Positions 41,092-51,326 of a stretch of 61,514 nucleotides of DNA are shown here, in pieces. Position numbers and translations under genes: made by a program. Under the pieces are notes generated by a model that searched no databases, was not told where the DNA came from, and was given only the letters and a program-made list of their open reading frames with translations. The DNA is from an uncultured Candidatus Saccharibacteria bacterium. GTDB lineage: Bacteria > Patescibacteriota > Minisyncoccia > Portnoybacterales > UBA2143. The stretch spans positions 1 through 61,514 of the forward strand of contig CAZJPW010000003.1 of NCBI GenBank assembly GCA_964548405.1, in the 5' to 3' direction. The stretch's first letter is position 1. Every line of letters begins with the position of its first letter.

Positions 41092-42039
41092 ATGTTAGAA
41101 AATAAAAAAATAGCAGTTGTTGTTCCTGCTTACAATGAAGAAAAATCTATATATAAGGTCATTGAAACAATACCCAGCTTTGTGGATTTGATTGTTGTTG
41201 TTGATGATTTTAGTGCTGATAAGACGGTTCAAATAGCCAATTCCCACAAAGAAGAAATGAAAGAGCGATTAGAAATAGTAATCCATTCTAAAAATCAGGG
41301 AGTGGGAGCTTCTATGATGACTGGTTATAAAATGGCTCTAGACAGAGGAATGGATATAACGGCAATAATGGCCGGAGATGCCCAAATGGATCCGAATGAA
41401 CTGGAAAGCATAGTTCTTCCTGTTATTAAAGGCGAAACAGACTATGTTAAAGGTAATAGATTTTTTAGCGGAGATGCCTGGAAAGTAATTCCTAAAATTC
41501 GTTATTTTGCGGGCATTCTTTTATCTTTTTTGACAAAAATAGTTTCGGGATATTGGCATCTTGCTGATTCCCAGTGCGGCTTTACTGCTATTTCCTCAAA
41601 TGCTTTAAGGGTTCTTGAATTTGATAATATCTATAAAAGATATGGAGTTCCTAATGATATATTAACTAAGTTAAATGTTAATAATTTTAGAGTCAAGGAT
41701 GTTTCTATAAAGCCAATTTATAACGCAGGCGGAGTTTCTGGCATTAAATACAAAAAAATAATTTTCACACTGACGTTTTTACTGTGTCGACTTTTTTGCT
41801 ACAGGATGTGGCATAAATATGTAATACGTGATTTTCATCCGTTAATTCTTTTTTATCTGTTTGGTGGCGTTTTCGTTATCTCGGGAATAATTCTTGGAGG
41901 AATAATATATTTTATAGAAGGGTATCTAGGGATAACTTTAGTGGTTTTTTGCGCTATTCTTCTTGTATCTGGCATTCAATTTCTTCTTTTTGCCATGTGG
42001 TTTGACATGGAATATAATAAATCTTTTTGCGTTAAATAA
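41092..42039 (+). CDS. Glycosyltransferase family 2 (polyprenol-phosphate sugar synthase type)
   Basis: VVPAYNEE, VVDDFSAD, NQGVG, MAGDAQMDP, DSQCGF; two C-terminal TM helices. Confidence 0.9.
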   Translation: MLENKKIAVVVPAYNEEKSIYKVIETIPSFVDLIVVVDDFSADKTVQIANSHKEEMKERLEIVIHSKNQGVGASMMTGYKMALDRGMDITAIMAGDAQMDPNELESIVLPVIKGETDYVKGNRFFSGDAWKVIPKIRYFAGILLSFLTKIVSGYWHLADSQCGFTAISSNALRVLEFDNIYKRYGVPNDILTKLNVNNFRVKDVSIKPIYNAGGVSGIKYKKIIFTLTFLLCRLFCYRMWHKYVIRDFHPLILFYLFGGVFVISGIILGGIIYFIEGYLGITLVVFCAILLVSGIQFLLFAMWFDMEYNKSFCVK

Positions 42040-42042
42040 TTT

Positions 42043-43470
42043 ATGTCTACTAAAGTCTGTTTAATAAATGTTTCTTGGGAAAAATCTATCAGGGCTAATT
42101 ATGCAGATATTATAGAAAAGGGAATAGGTTTTTATCAGCCATTAGGATTGCAGTATCTTTCTTCTGCCTGTAGAGATAAAGATTACGAGACGATGATTAT
42201 TGACTGTGATCCGGAAGAATTAAATTACGAACAGGCAATTAATAAGATTAAATTATATGGTCCACAAGTAATAGGGATTACTTGTATGACTTTTAATTTA
42301 TTTGAAGCAGTGATTTTTCTTAAAAAATTAAGATTATCGTTTCCGAATATTCCGGTAGTGGTTGGAGGTCCGCATGCCAGTATTTTTCCCGAAGAAACTT
42401 TGCGAATACCTTCAGTTGACGTGGTTGTAGTCGGAGAAGGAGAGGAAATTTTTCCAGAAATAATTCATAGATTAACAAATAATATTCCGCTTAATGGATT
42501 GAAAGGAGTTAGTTATAAAAAAGAAAATAAATTATATTTTAATTCGGAGATAGCTGTTATTCAGGATTTAAGTTCTTTGTCTTTTCCTGATAGAACTTCG
42601 TTGTCTATTGATAATTATTTCACTCCGATAAGCCCGAGCGGAAAAAGTGCGATTATGATGACTAGCCGAGGATGTCCGTATAATTGTACTTATTGCGACA
42701 GGCCGGCTATGGGGAAAAAGTTTAGGGCCAGATCTCCTCAAAGTGTAATTACCGAAATAAAAGATTGTTTGAAAATCGGAGTTGAGGATATTATGTTTTT
42801 TGACGACACTTTTACAGTGGACAGAAGCAGGGTAATTGAAATATGTAAATTAATTAATAAAGAGAAATTGAAATTTAGATGGTCTGCTCGAGCCAGAGTT
42901 AATACTATTGATGAAGATTTACTATTGGCCATGAAAAAGGCTGGCTGTTGTAGAATATCTTATGGTATAGAGTCAGGCAATATTCAAACTCTTAAAATTT
43001 TAAAGAAAGGTATTTCTTTGGATCAGGCAAAGAAAGCGGTTGAAATTACAAAGAAAGTGGGTATAGAAGTGTTAGCTGATTTTATTCTTGGATGTCCTAA
43101 TGAAAATAGACAAGATGTTTTGAATACGATAAATTTCGCGGTTTCCTTGAATCCTGATTACGCCCAATTTACAATTTTAAGTTTGTATCCAGGAACAGAA
43201 ATTTATCAAATGGCTCTTGAACAAAAGATTATTAAATCTGATGTATGGAGGGAATTTGCTATAGACCCCCGATTAGATTTTAATACGCCAATTTGGTTGG
43301 CAGAACTATCTCAAAAAGAATTAGAAGAATTACTTATTTTTGCCTATAAAAAGTTTTACGGGCGTTTGGGATATATTGTTAAAAAAATGCTGAGAATTAG
43401 AAGTCTTAGCGAATTGGCGCTCAAAGCAAAAGTCGGTTTTAGAATGCTAACTATGGGAAAATCCAGATGA
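42043..43470 (+). CDS. B12-binding-domain radical SAM protein no. 4
   Basis: PLGLQYL, VGGPHAS, VGEGE, SRGCPYNCTYC, YGIESG. Confidence 0.9.
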   Translation: MSTKVCLINVSWEKSIRANYADIIEKGIGFYQPLGLQYLSSACRDKDYETMIIDCDPEELNYEQAINKIKLYGPQVIGITCMTFNLFEAVIFLKKLRLSFPNIPVVVGGPHASIFPEETLRIPSVDVVVVGEGEEIFPEIIHRLTNNIPLNGLKGVSYKKENKLYFNSEIAVIQDLSSLSFPDRTSLSIDNYFTPISPSGKSAIMMTSRGCPYNCTYCDRPAMGKKFRARSPQSVITEIKDCLKIGVEDIMFFDDTFTVDRSRVIEICKLINKEKLKFRWSARARVNTIDEDLLLAMKKAGCCRISYGIESGNIQTLKILKKGISLDQAKKAVEITKKVGIEVLADFILGCPNENRQDVLNTINFAVSLNPDYAQFTILSLYPGTEIYQMALEQKIIKSDVWREFAIDPRLDFNTPIWLAELSQKELEELLIFAYKKFYGRLGYIVKKMLRIRSLSELALKAKVGFRMLTMGKSR

Positions 43471-44891
43471 ATATTACATTAATAAATCCATGTTTTAATA
43501 GGTATGCTGGTATTAAGGGACATGGCGGACTCTCGGCTCCTTTGAATTTGGCCTGCCTAGCTGCTTATATCCGCCTAAAACGGCCTAATGATAAAATTTC
43601 CATTATAGACGCAGAAGCTCTTAATTATACTTATCAGAATATTGTTGAGAAAACTCTTGCCAATAATCCTGATTTAATAGGAATAACAACTACCACGCCT
43701 AGTTTCGGCATAATTTCCAATTTGGTGGGCAAACTTCACCAGGCTATTCCTTCTGCGCCGATTATTTTAGGCGGACCCCATGCTACCGGTTCGCCGGAAA
43801 CAACTGTATCGGTTCGAGGAGTGGCAGCAGCGGTAATCGGAGAAGGGGAGCTAACCTTTCTAGATATTGTTAATAAGGTCAAAAATAATATATCTTTTCC
43901 AGAGATAAAAGGAATAGCTTATCAGGATGTCAATGGGAAGTGTATAAAAACAGAACCAAGAGAACTTATTTATGATTTAGATGCTCTGCCTTTGCCTGCT
44001 AGAGATTTGTTGCCGATGGATATATATTATTCACCTCCGACTAAAAGTTTAGGAGGAACAAGGATTGCCAATATTCTTTCTTCAAGAGGATGTCCGTTTC
44101 ATTGTTCTTTTTGTTTATCTGATATGATGTGGGGGAAGAGGTATAGGCAGCGTTCTATTAATAAAATTATTGAAGAAATGGAAGATTGTGCTAATAATTA
44201 TGGCTGTGATGAATTTAATTTTAATGATGATTTGTTTACAGCTGATAAAAATAGAGTAAAAGGATTTTGTGATAAGATTGTTGAGAAAAAGATTAATATT
44301 AGCTGGGTGGCTATGAGTAGGGCAGATTACGTTGATATGGATTTATTGAAGACAATGAAAAAAGCAGGATGCAAGAAAATTGCTATGGGACTTGAATCCG
44401 GTTCAGAAAAAGTTTTGAAATATATGAATAAAAGAATGAATTTAGATAAATCTATTGAAGCGGTAAAAATGATTAAAAAAGCTGGTATTGCTACAGGTGC
44501 TTCTTTTGTTCTTGGCCATATTGGAGAAACGAGAGAGACTATAAAACAGACAATAGCATTTGCAAAAAAACTTAATCCTGATACGGTTGCTTTTTTTCAA
44601 GCCAGTCCCTACCCCGGTACGGAATTTTATAGAATGGCCAAAGAGGCGGGATATATAAGAGAAAATGCTCAATGGGTTGATTATGCTATTGTTTCGGATA
44701 GGTCGTCAGTTATTGACTTACCGGGACTACCGGCCCAAGAAATTCATAAATGGGTGAAAAGAGCCTATAGTTCTTTTTATTTTAGTCCAAGATATATATT
44801 TTCTAGAATAAAAAAAATTAATTCATGGAAATCGTTTATAGATAATTTAAAAGGACTGAAAATTTTATTTTCAATAGTTAAAAGCGATTAG
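43467..44891 (+). CDS. B12-binding-domain radical SAM protein no. 5
   Basis: LGGPHAT, IGEGE, SRGCPFHCSFC, MGLESG. Confidence 0.9.
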   Translation: MNITLINPCFNRYAGIKGHGGLSAPLNLACLAAYIRLKRPNDKISIIDAEALNYTYQNIVEKTLANNPDLIGITTTTPSFGIISNLVGKLHQAIPSAPIILGGPHATGSPETTVSVRGVAAAVIGEGELTFLDIVNKVKNNISFPEIKGIAYQDVNGKCIKTEPRELIYDLDALPLPARDLLPMDIYYSPPTKSLGGTRIANILSSRGCPFHCSFCLSDMMWGKRYRQRSINKIIEEMEDCANNYGCDEFNFNDDLFTADKNRVKGFCDKIVEKKINISWVAMSRADYVDMDLLKTMKKAGCKKIAMGLESGSEKVLKYMNKRMNLDKSIEAVKMIKKAGIATGASFVLGHIGETRETIKQTIAFAKKLNPDTVAFFQASPYPGTEFYRMAKEAGYIRENAQWVDYAIVSDRSSVIDLPGLPAQEIHKWVKRAYSSFYFSPRYIFSRIKKINSWKSFIDNLKGLKILFSIVKSD

Positions 44892-44911
44892 TTTAAAAGA
44901 GGAATAAAACA

Positions 44912-45979
44912 ATGGTAGACGATGAAGAGATAAAAGAATGGATGTCTTTGAATTTATCTTTGATTTTATCGGTAGATAAAAAACAAATATCTCGCTATAT
45001 TAGCCAGAAAGAGATTAAAATCTTCAAAAATAAATTTCTTTTGTCGGACAATAATTTTGTGGAAAAGTGGGGACGGATTTGTCTCCAAAATATTTTAGGC
45101 AGAATGTCTCCCAAAAAGAAATGGTATTTTACCAGTTATTTGAAAAGCTTAAGAAAAATTTATCAGAGAAAACCGCTAAGGCCTTCTTTGTGTCTCGGAA
45201 CAAAAACGATTTTAGCCATCGCTCAAAGAATGAATGTCTCTTTTAGAGATTGGCGGGGCAAACAGGCAGTGGTTTGTTTGACTCATGATGTAGACACTTC
45301 TGATGGATATAATTTTATTCCGCAATTAGTTGAGGTTGAAAGTAAATTCAAAATTAAAACTTCTTTTAACTTTTTAACAGAAGGAGAATATAGGTTAAAA
45401 GAAAATATTTTTCTGCTTTTAAGAGAAAATGGTTTTGAGATCGGACTACACGGGGCGGCTCATGATATTTCTTTTGGTTACCGGAAAAAAGAGAAAATTG
45501 AAAAAACGATTTCAACAATAACTAATCAGAAAAATTTTTCTCAATGCGGATTTCGTTCTCCAGCGCTTTCTATTAGCAAGAGGCTAATTCAGATACTTGA
45601 TAAATACGAAGTAGGTTATGATTCCAGTGTTAGCATGTATTATAAAAAGTCAGCCGGATGTTATCCGTACTTTTTTCCAAAAACAAAAATTTGGGAATTA
45701 CCTCTTTGTTTGCAGGATGATGTTCTTTTTCGGGATCTTAAGTTAACCCAAAACCAGGCATTTCTTTTAGTTAAGGAATTTATTGAAGATGTCAAAAAGA
45801 TTAACGGGGTTTGTGTATTGAATTTCCATCCAATTTTGATAGAAAGGAATCTTAACTGTTATAAAAAAATACTGGAATTTTTGAATGAACAAACGGATAT
45901 TTTAATCACTACAGGTGGAAAATTAGTTAGCCTGATGAATGAAAGGAGATTAGAAGCGGATAATATCAAGAGTTATTAA
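44912..45979 (+). CDS. Polysaccharide deacetylase-like (CE4 fold) protein
   Basis: LTHDVD, IGLHG, GFRSPAL, YDSSV, WELPL, NFHP. Confidence 0.8.
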   Translation: MVDDEEIKEWMSLNLSLILSVDKKQISRYISQKEIKIFKNKFLLSDNNFVEKWGRICLQNILGRMSPKKKWYFTSYLKSLRKIYQRKPLRPSLCLGTKTILAIAQRMNVSFRDWRGKQAVVCLTHDVDTSDGYNFIPQLVEVESKFKIKTSFNFLTEGEYRLKENIFLLLRENGFEIGLHGAAHDISFGYRKKEKIEKTISTITNQKNFSQCGFRSPALSISKRLIQILDKYEVGYDSSVSMYYKKSAGCYPYFFPKTKIWELPLCLQDDVLFRDLKLTQNQAFLLVKEFIEDVKKINGVCVLNFHPILIERNLNCYKKILEFLNEQTDILITTGGKLVSLMNERRLEADNIKSY

Positions 45980-46009
45980 ACTTCTTTAAAAAATGAATAG
46001 GGGGTAAGG

Positions 46010-47470
46010 ATGAAAAAAATAGCAATTGTTGGTGTTGGTTACTGGGGTAAGAATTTAGTGAGAAATTTTCACCAGCTTGGTCGGTTGGATATGGTATGTG
46101 ATTCTGATACGGAAATTTTAAAAAAAATTTGTAATGATTATTCAAATGTTACAGTAACAAGTGATCTGGAAACTGTCATAGATAGTGCTGATGCAGTGAT
46201 TATTGCTACACCGGCTGCTACGCATTATGAACTAACTAAAAAAGCCTTGGAGGCGGGCAAAGATGTGTTTGTTGAAAAGCCTCTTGCTTTGACAGTTAGA
46301 GAAGGCGAGGAATTAGTAGGTTTGGCTGAAGAAAAAAATGTCATTTTGATGGTTGGTCATCTTTTGGAGTATCATCCTGCGGTAGCTAAGTTAAAAGATT
46401 TGATTAACCAAGGCATATTGGGAAAAATTTACTATATCTACTCTAATCGGCTTAATCTTGGTAAAATTCGTCAAGAGGAAAATATTCTTTGGTCATTTGC
46501 TCCGCACGATATTTCGGTGATTCTAAGATTCTTAGAAGATATGCCTAGAGAGGTCTATTGTAATGGCAATAGCTATCTTACTCAAGGAATTCCAGATGTG
46601 ACGGTGAGCAATTTGATTTTTCCTAACGGTGTCCAGGCGCATATTTTTGTCAATTGGCTCAATCCATTTAAAGAGCAAAAATTGGTAGTGATGGGCAGTA
46701 AGCAAATGGCCGTTTTTGACGACACAATAAACCAGAAGCTCACTTTGTATCCTCATCAGATTAATTGGACTAAAGGATCTCTGCCTGTGGCTAACAAAAA
46801 AGAGGGGCAGAGCGTTGAAATAGACAAATCAGAGCCATTAAAGATTGAGGTTCAACACTTTCTTGAATGTATTGATCAACTTAAAAAGCCCCTAACTGAT
46901 GGTTGGAGCGCTCTTAATGTTTTGAGGGTTTTAGAAGCTTGTCAGATGTCTTTAGAAAAAGCCGAAAGAGTTTCTTTTTCTACCAAAGAACATCTTATTG
47001 CTCCGACTGCTATTATTGAACAAGGGTCAGAAATCGGTCGAGGAACTAAGATTTGGCATTTTTCGCATATAATGGAAGGGGCTCAAATTGGTAAAAACTG
47101 CACTATCGGTAAATATGTTTCTATTGAGTCGGATGTTGTAATTGGTAATGGGGTTAAAATCCAGAATGACGTTTCAATTTTTTCTGGGGTTACGCTCCAT
47201 GATAGTGTTTTTATCGGACCAGGAGTTAAATTTACAAACGTTAAAAGACCTCGATCTGAATTTCCAGTTAAAAAATATAAAGAAACATTGGTTAAAAGAA
47301 GTGTAACTATTGGTGCTAATGCCACGATACTCTCCGGTATAACAATAGGTGAATATGCTTTTGTTGGCGCTGGTTCAGTTGTAACGAAAGATATTCCGCC
47401 TTATACCTTGGTGACTGGTAATCCGGCTAAAATAGTCAGTAAAGTGAACGAAAGGGGGGAAAGAGAATAA
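46010..47470 (+). CDS. Gfo/Idh/MocA oxidoreductase fused to a hexapeptide-repeat N-acetyltransferase (WbpB-WbpD-like)
   Basis: IVGVGYWGKN, VFVEKP, WSFAPHD; C-terminal IWHFSHI, IGANATI, VGAGSVVTKD, GNPA. Confidence 0.85.
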   Translation: MKKIAIVGVGYWGKNLVRNFHQLGRLDMVCDSDTEILKKICNDYSNVTVTSDLETVIDSADAVIIATPAATHYELTKKALEAGKDVFVEKPLALTVREGEELVGLAEEKNVILMVGHLLEYHPAVAKLKDLINQGILGKIYYIYSNRLNLGKIRQEENILWSFAPHDISVILRFLEDMPREVYCNGNSYLTQGIPDVTVSNLIFPNGVQAHIFVNWLNPFKEQKLVVMGSKQMAVFDDTINQKLTLYPHQINWTKGSLPVANKKEGQSVEIDKSEPLKIEVQHFLECIDQLKKPLTDGWSALNVLRVLEACQMSLEKAERVSFSTKEHLIAPTAIIEQGSEIGRGTKIWHFSHIMEGAQIGKNCTIGKYVSIESDVVIGNGVKIQNDVSIFSGVTLHDSVFIGPGVKFTNVKRPRSEFPVKKYKETLVKRSVTIGANATILSGITIGEYAFVGAGSVVTKDIPPYTLVTGNPAKIVSKVNERGERE

Positions 47471-47472
47471 AT

Positions 47473-47502
47473 TAGGGGCTGTCTCAATAGAGATAGCCCC
47501 TA
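47473..47502. terminator. Bidirectional terminator between convergent genes
   Basis: TAGGGGCTGTCTC-AATA-GAGATAGCCCCTA. Confidence 0.8.
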
Positions 47503-48465
47503 TTTGTTTCTGTAAAAAGAAATAGGTTTTTTAAGCCAGCAGATTAATCCAATAAAGGTATGGAATAAATAGATTAAAAGCATCAAGGATGAAAAGACAA
47601 TTATTTGTTCTTTAGGGATTAAGAAAGGTGTCAGGAAAAAAATTAAAGCTGCGTCACGAGTGCCGATTCCTGCAATGGAAATAGGGATTAAAGCGATAAG
47701 GCCAACTATGGTTAGGATAATTGAAAGATCTAAGAGTGGGATATTAGTGATGTTGGCGCTTTGAGCAACAATATACATTTGGATGTAGTAAAAGAGCCAA
47801 GAAAAGGCAGTTATTAGGAAGATAATTAAATAGTTCTTAAAACTATAAATTTTAATATCTTTAATGAAATCTTGGAAATTAACTTTCCAGGATTTTTGAT
47901 ATTTAATGGGAATAAAAAAGTAGAATAGCTTTTTAAAAAGAGTTTGAGATAGTTTTGATTTTAAAAGTCCAAAGATTAATATAATTAGAAATGTGATAGT
48001 TACTAAGAAAATAAGGATTTGTTTGTTAATAAGGTCGAGAAAGAATGGTAAGCAGAAGAAGAGAAATATTAGTAAAAAGACGAAATCGGAAATTTTGTCT
48101 AGAATTAAGCTAACTAGCGACTTTCCAAAAGAATGACCATCTTTTTTTAGATAAATGATTCTGCTTATCTCTCCTATTTTACCAGGAGTAACACTGCCAA
48201 TATACAATCCAGATCCATACATAAGGAATGAGTCTTTTTGAGTATAATTTATACCCTGTTTTTTTTTAAGGTAATTCCAGCAAAAGCTTTTGGCTAATAA
48301 GACTGGAAAGCTGAATAAAAGAGCAAGAAACAGGTAAGAAAGTTTAACATTTTTAATGTCTGTTAAGATGACAGTAAGGTTTATTTGAGTCAGAATTATA
48401 ATAAATAAGAAAATTCCAAGTAAATAGGAATATTTTTTGAGATAAAAAAATATTGGTTTTGACAT
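47500..48465 (-). CDS. Lysylphosphatidylglycerol-synthase-TM / flippase-like membrane protein
   Basis: YIGSVTPGKIGEISR, LILDKISD, IPISIAGIGTRDA. Confidence 0.85.
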   Translation of the reverse strand: MSKPIFFYLKKYSYLLGIFLFIIILTQINLTVILTDIKNVKLSYLFLALLFSFPVLLAKSFCWNYLKKKQGINYTQKDSFLMYGSGLYIGSVTPGKIGEISRIIYLKKDGHSFGKSLVSLILDKISDFVFLLIFLFFCLPFFLDLINKQILIFLVTITFLIILIFGLLKSKLSQTLFKKLFYFFIPIKYQKSWKVNFQDFIKDIKIYSFKNYLIIFLITAFSWLFYYIQMYIVAQSANITNIPLLDLSIILTIVGLIALIPISIAGIGTRDAALIFFLTPFLIPKEQIIVFSSLMLLIYLFHTFIGLICWLKKPISFYRNK

Positions 48466-48473
48466 TATTGGTT

Positions 48474-49034
48474 TCAGGCTTTTTTAAAAATGTATAAATT
48501 ATTTAATTTCAAAACAAATCTTTTTCTTGCTTTAAGAGAAAATCCTTCATTTTGAATCATTGTGATAAGCGATTTATGCCAAATATCTTTGTGTTGCTCT
48601 GTGTCCCACCAGGCTAATTTGTGCCTGAAATATCCAGCAATTGGATTTATCATAGTAATTAGTAATAATCCATTCTTTTTAAGAACTCTGTGAGCTTCTT
48701 TTAAAGCTCCTTTTTGGTTTGAAATATAGTTTAAAGTACCCACAATTGAAACAGTGTCAAACTCCTGGTCCTTGAATGGTAAATTAGCTGAATCTTTAAC
48801 AACTAAGACATCTTCTCCGTTATCTTGTATATCTATTCCTATGCTGTTCTGGCCATATTTTTTAACAAGTTGATTATCACCACAACCGATATCTAATAAT
48901 CTACCCTGAGAATGCTTTATAACAATATCATAGCGTTCATCTTTAAGAGAACGAAGTCCTAATTTATTTAACCTTTTATGTGATAAAAAAAGTCTAATTG
49001 GTAAACAAATTGTATTTATAAATTTTGATTTCAT
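48474..49034 (-). CDS. Class I SAM-dependent methyltransferase
   Basis: LLDIGCG, LPFKDQEFD, EAHRVLKKNG. Confidence 0.88.
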   Translation of the reverse strand: MKSKFINTICLPIRLFLSHKRLNKLGLRSLKDERYDIVIKHSQGRLLDIGCGDNQLVKKYGQNSIGIDIQDNGEDVLVVKDSANLPFKDQEFDTVSIVGTLNYISNQKGALKEAHRVLKKNGLLLITMINPIAGYFRHKLAWWDTEQHKDIWHKSLITMIQNEGFSLKARKRFVLKLNNLYIFKKA

Positions 49035-49783
49035 TTTATATTTTTACAGATATAGAATTGCCTAATGCCTAATTCGCTGATAGGTGTATTTTGTAATCCG
49101 TTAATTATTTTTTCTCCTAATACTTTTAACCATTTTGGTCCGACTGGCATAAGTAGAGTCCCTTTATGAAGGATGAGTTTGAAGCTAGCTAATTTTAAAA
49201 GCTTTTTGACTTTTCTTGAAGATAGGAATTTATGGGGGCCTTCTCCGTGATTGGAAAAGAAAAGTTCATATATTTTTAATGGTAATTCAGCTGTAGCTGG
49301 AGGTAAGCTCATTACTAATAAGCCATTTGGTTTTAGGGTGCGGTGCAGTTCTTTTAAAAATGTTAGCGGACTGGGTGCATGTTCAAGCGTTTCTAAGGAA
49401 AGAATTCTATCAAAGGAATTATCAGCAAAAGAAAGGTTGTCTAAATCAGTTTGCCCAAACTTCTCATTCGGGAATTTTTCTTGAGCAATTTTAATAAATT
49501 CAGGTGAGACTTCGCAATTAACTATTTCAAGTTGAGGGCAATTCTGACGGAGATAGAAAATGGCCGATCCGGTCCGGGACCAGATATTTAAAACCCTTTG
49601 GCCGGGCCTTAAATCCAAGTGCCTAATTGCTTCCTGGAATCTTTGATGATGAGTCTCTTTAACCTTGCTATTACAATTTTCGTATATCGGAGCGGTTTTA
49701 TTCCAAAAATCTCTGACCTGTTCAATAGTAAAGCTGTTATCTAAATTGTTAATTTCTAAATTTTTTGACAAAGTTTTTATCAA
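49031..49783 (-). CDS. Class I SAM-dependent methyltransferase (atypical motif I)
   Basis: VLNIWSRTG in place of DxGxGxG; FADNSFDRILSLETLEH; LHRTLKPNG. Confidence 0.8.
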   Translation of the reverse strand: MIKTLSKNLEINNLDNSFTIEQVRDFWNKTAPIYENCNSKVKETHHQRFQEAIRHLDLRPGQRVLNIWSRTGSAIFYLRQNCPQLEIVNCEVSPEFIKIAQEKFPNEKFGQTDLDNLSFADNSFDRILSLETLEHAPSPLTFLKELHRTLKPNGLLVMSLPPATAELPLKIYELFFSNHGEGPHKFLSSRKVKKLLKLASFKLILHKGTLLMPVGPKWLKVLGEKIINGLQNTPISELGIRQFYICKNIK

Positions 49784-50405
49784 GATATTGATTGAGCCAC
49801 TTTCTTTTAATAAAGACAGGCATTAGACGGTAAATTTTTGTCAATATCTTTTTGATTAATAGGTTGGATTGTTTTATATTTTCGATATTAATATTCGGAG
49901 AGAATTCATTAAATCCCACTATTTCATTTATCCCATGTTTTCGGGGCATCTCGGCTGGTTCATTCTTTTTATGACCCAGAGTAATATAAGCTATAGGTGA
50001 CATGGTACTAGGAATATTAAAAATTTTTCTTAATTGTTTTTTAGAGGGGAGATGACAAGTCCAACAAGCGCCTAGTCCTAAATGATGGATGGTTAAAAGT
50101 ATGTTTTGGATGGCGGCAGCGGCGCTCTGAATATTATCTTTATATTCCGTATTTTTAGTTCGGTTATCATAGAGGACTAGAATACCTAAAGGAGCATTTT
50201 TAATATTAATGGATCCGCCATGGTCAACAATTTCTTGTTTTTTAGTTTGATTATCAACTACAATAAACCTCCATCCTTGAACATTACAAGCGGATGGAGC
50301 ATAGGTTGCCATTTTTATAATTTTTTTGGCAGTTTTCCGGTCAATCTTTTTATCATGAAAAAGACGAACACTTCTTCTGGTTTTAAGTAGGGAGATAAAG
50401 TCCAT
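49749..50405 (-). CDS. Nitroreductase family protein
   Basis: TRRSVRLF, APSACNVQGWRFIVV, AIQNILL...GLGACW. Confidence 0.9.
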   Translation of the reverse strand: MDFISLLKTRRSVRLFHDKKIDRKTAKKIIKMATYAPSACNVQGWRFIVVDNQTKKQEIVDHGGSINIKNAPLGILVLYDNRTKNTEYKDNIQSAAAAIQNILLTIHHLGLGACWTCHLPSKKQLRKIFNIPSTMSPIAYITLGHKKNEPAEMPRKHGINEIVGFNEFSPNINIENIKQSNLLIKKILTKIYRLMPVFIKRKWLNQYLDKNFVKKFRN

Positions 50406-50408
50406 AAT

Positions 50409-51287
50409 TTATTTCGTATTTATTTCTCTTCTAATAGCTGAAATTTGATCGGCTAACAAGCCAAAGAAAAATAAGAATAAGGAGAAGACAAAAAATAGTA
50501 TGGTTGTATCGCTAATATTGAATACCTGTGTGGAAATATATTGAAGAGTAAAAACAATTAACGACAAAACAAAGAAAATAAAGCTGACTGGCAGAAATAT
50601 CCTTAAAGGGGAAAACAGGGTTATAATTCTAAAGATGAGGACAATTGCTTTAAATCCATCATTAATCGTAACAGAACTCTTGCCCCTTCTTTTTTTAATA
50701 GTAATAGGGGTGTATTTAACACTAAATCCTTGTTTAAAAAAGGCCAAGGTAGTTGTTGTGGAAATAGAAAAACTATTAGGGAAAAGGTGGATAAATTTAT
50801 TGAATTTTGATTTTCTGATTAAACGGAATCCGGAATTTAAGTCAGGAATTTTATGCTGGATTAAATATTGGGCTAAATAGCGCATAAACTTTTTACCCGG
50901 TTGACGCATTATTGGTCCTTTGTATCCTTGTCTAGCTCCAATAACCATATCATATTTTTTTCTATATTTTATTAGTTCTTCAATATATTTTGGTTGATGC
51001 TGTCCATCACTGTCATACCAGATAATCCAATTATGTTTTGTATTTTTTACACCCGTTTTAATGGCTGCTCCGTATCCTTTGTTATAGGGATGATTAATTA
51101 ATTTAATACCCTGAATCTCTTTGAGTATTTTACCGGTCTGATCTGTTGAACCATCATTAACGACAATAATCTCGACCTGGTATTTCTTTTCTTTGAGATA
51201 ATTCTTTAACTCTTTTAAGACATTTTTTATTGCCTTTTCTTCATTGTAAGCAGGCATAATAATGGAAAAATTGATTTTTGAATTCAT
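50409..51287 (-). CDS. Glycosyltransferase family 2 (polyprenol-phosphate sugar synthase type)
   Basis: IMPAYNEE, VNDGSTD, NKGYGAA, DSDGQH, DLNSGFR; two C-terminal TM helices. Confidence 0.9.
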   Translation of the reverse strand: MNSKINFSIIMPAYNEEKAIKNVLKELKNYLKEKKYQVEIIVVNDGSTDQTGKILKEIQGIKLINHPYNKGYGAAIKTGVKNTKHNWIIWYDSDGQHQPKYIEELIKYRKKYDMVIGARQGYKGPIMRQPGKKFMRYLAQYLIQHKIPDLNSGFRLIRKSKFNKFIHLFPNSFSISTTTTLAFFKQGFSVKYTPITIKKRRGKSSVTINDGFKAIVLIFRIITLFSPLRIFLPVSFIFFVLSLIVFTLQYISTQVFNISDTTILFFVFSLFLFFFGLLADQISAIRREINTK

Positions 51288-51291
51288 ATTA

Positions 51292-51320
51292 TTGTAAAAT
51301 TAGTGTAAATTAAGTATTAT
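51292..51320 (+). promoter_or_regulatory. sigma70 promoter, leaderless spacing
   Basis: TTGTAA, N17, TATTAT, N6, ATG 51327. Confidence 0.6.
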
Positions 51321-51326
51321 TTATAT

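Noticed and set aside
49749-50405. BluB (dimethylbenzimidazole synthase) assignment for the nitroreductase
   Set aside because: Only generic nitroreductase motifs are visible, and no other cobalamin genes are nearby.
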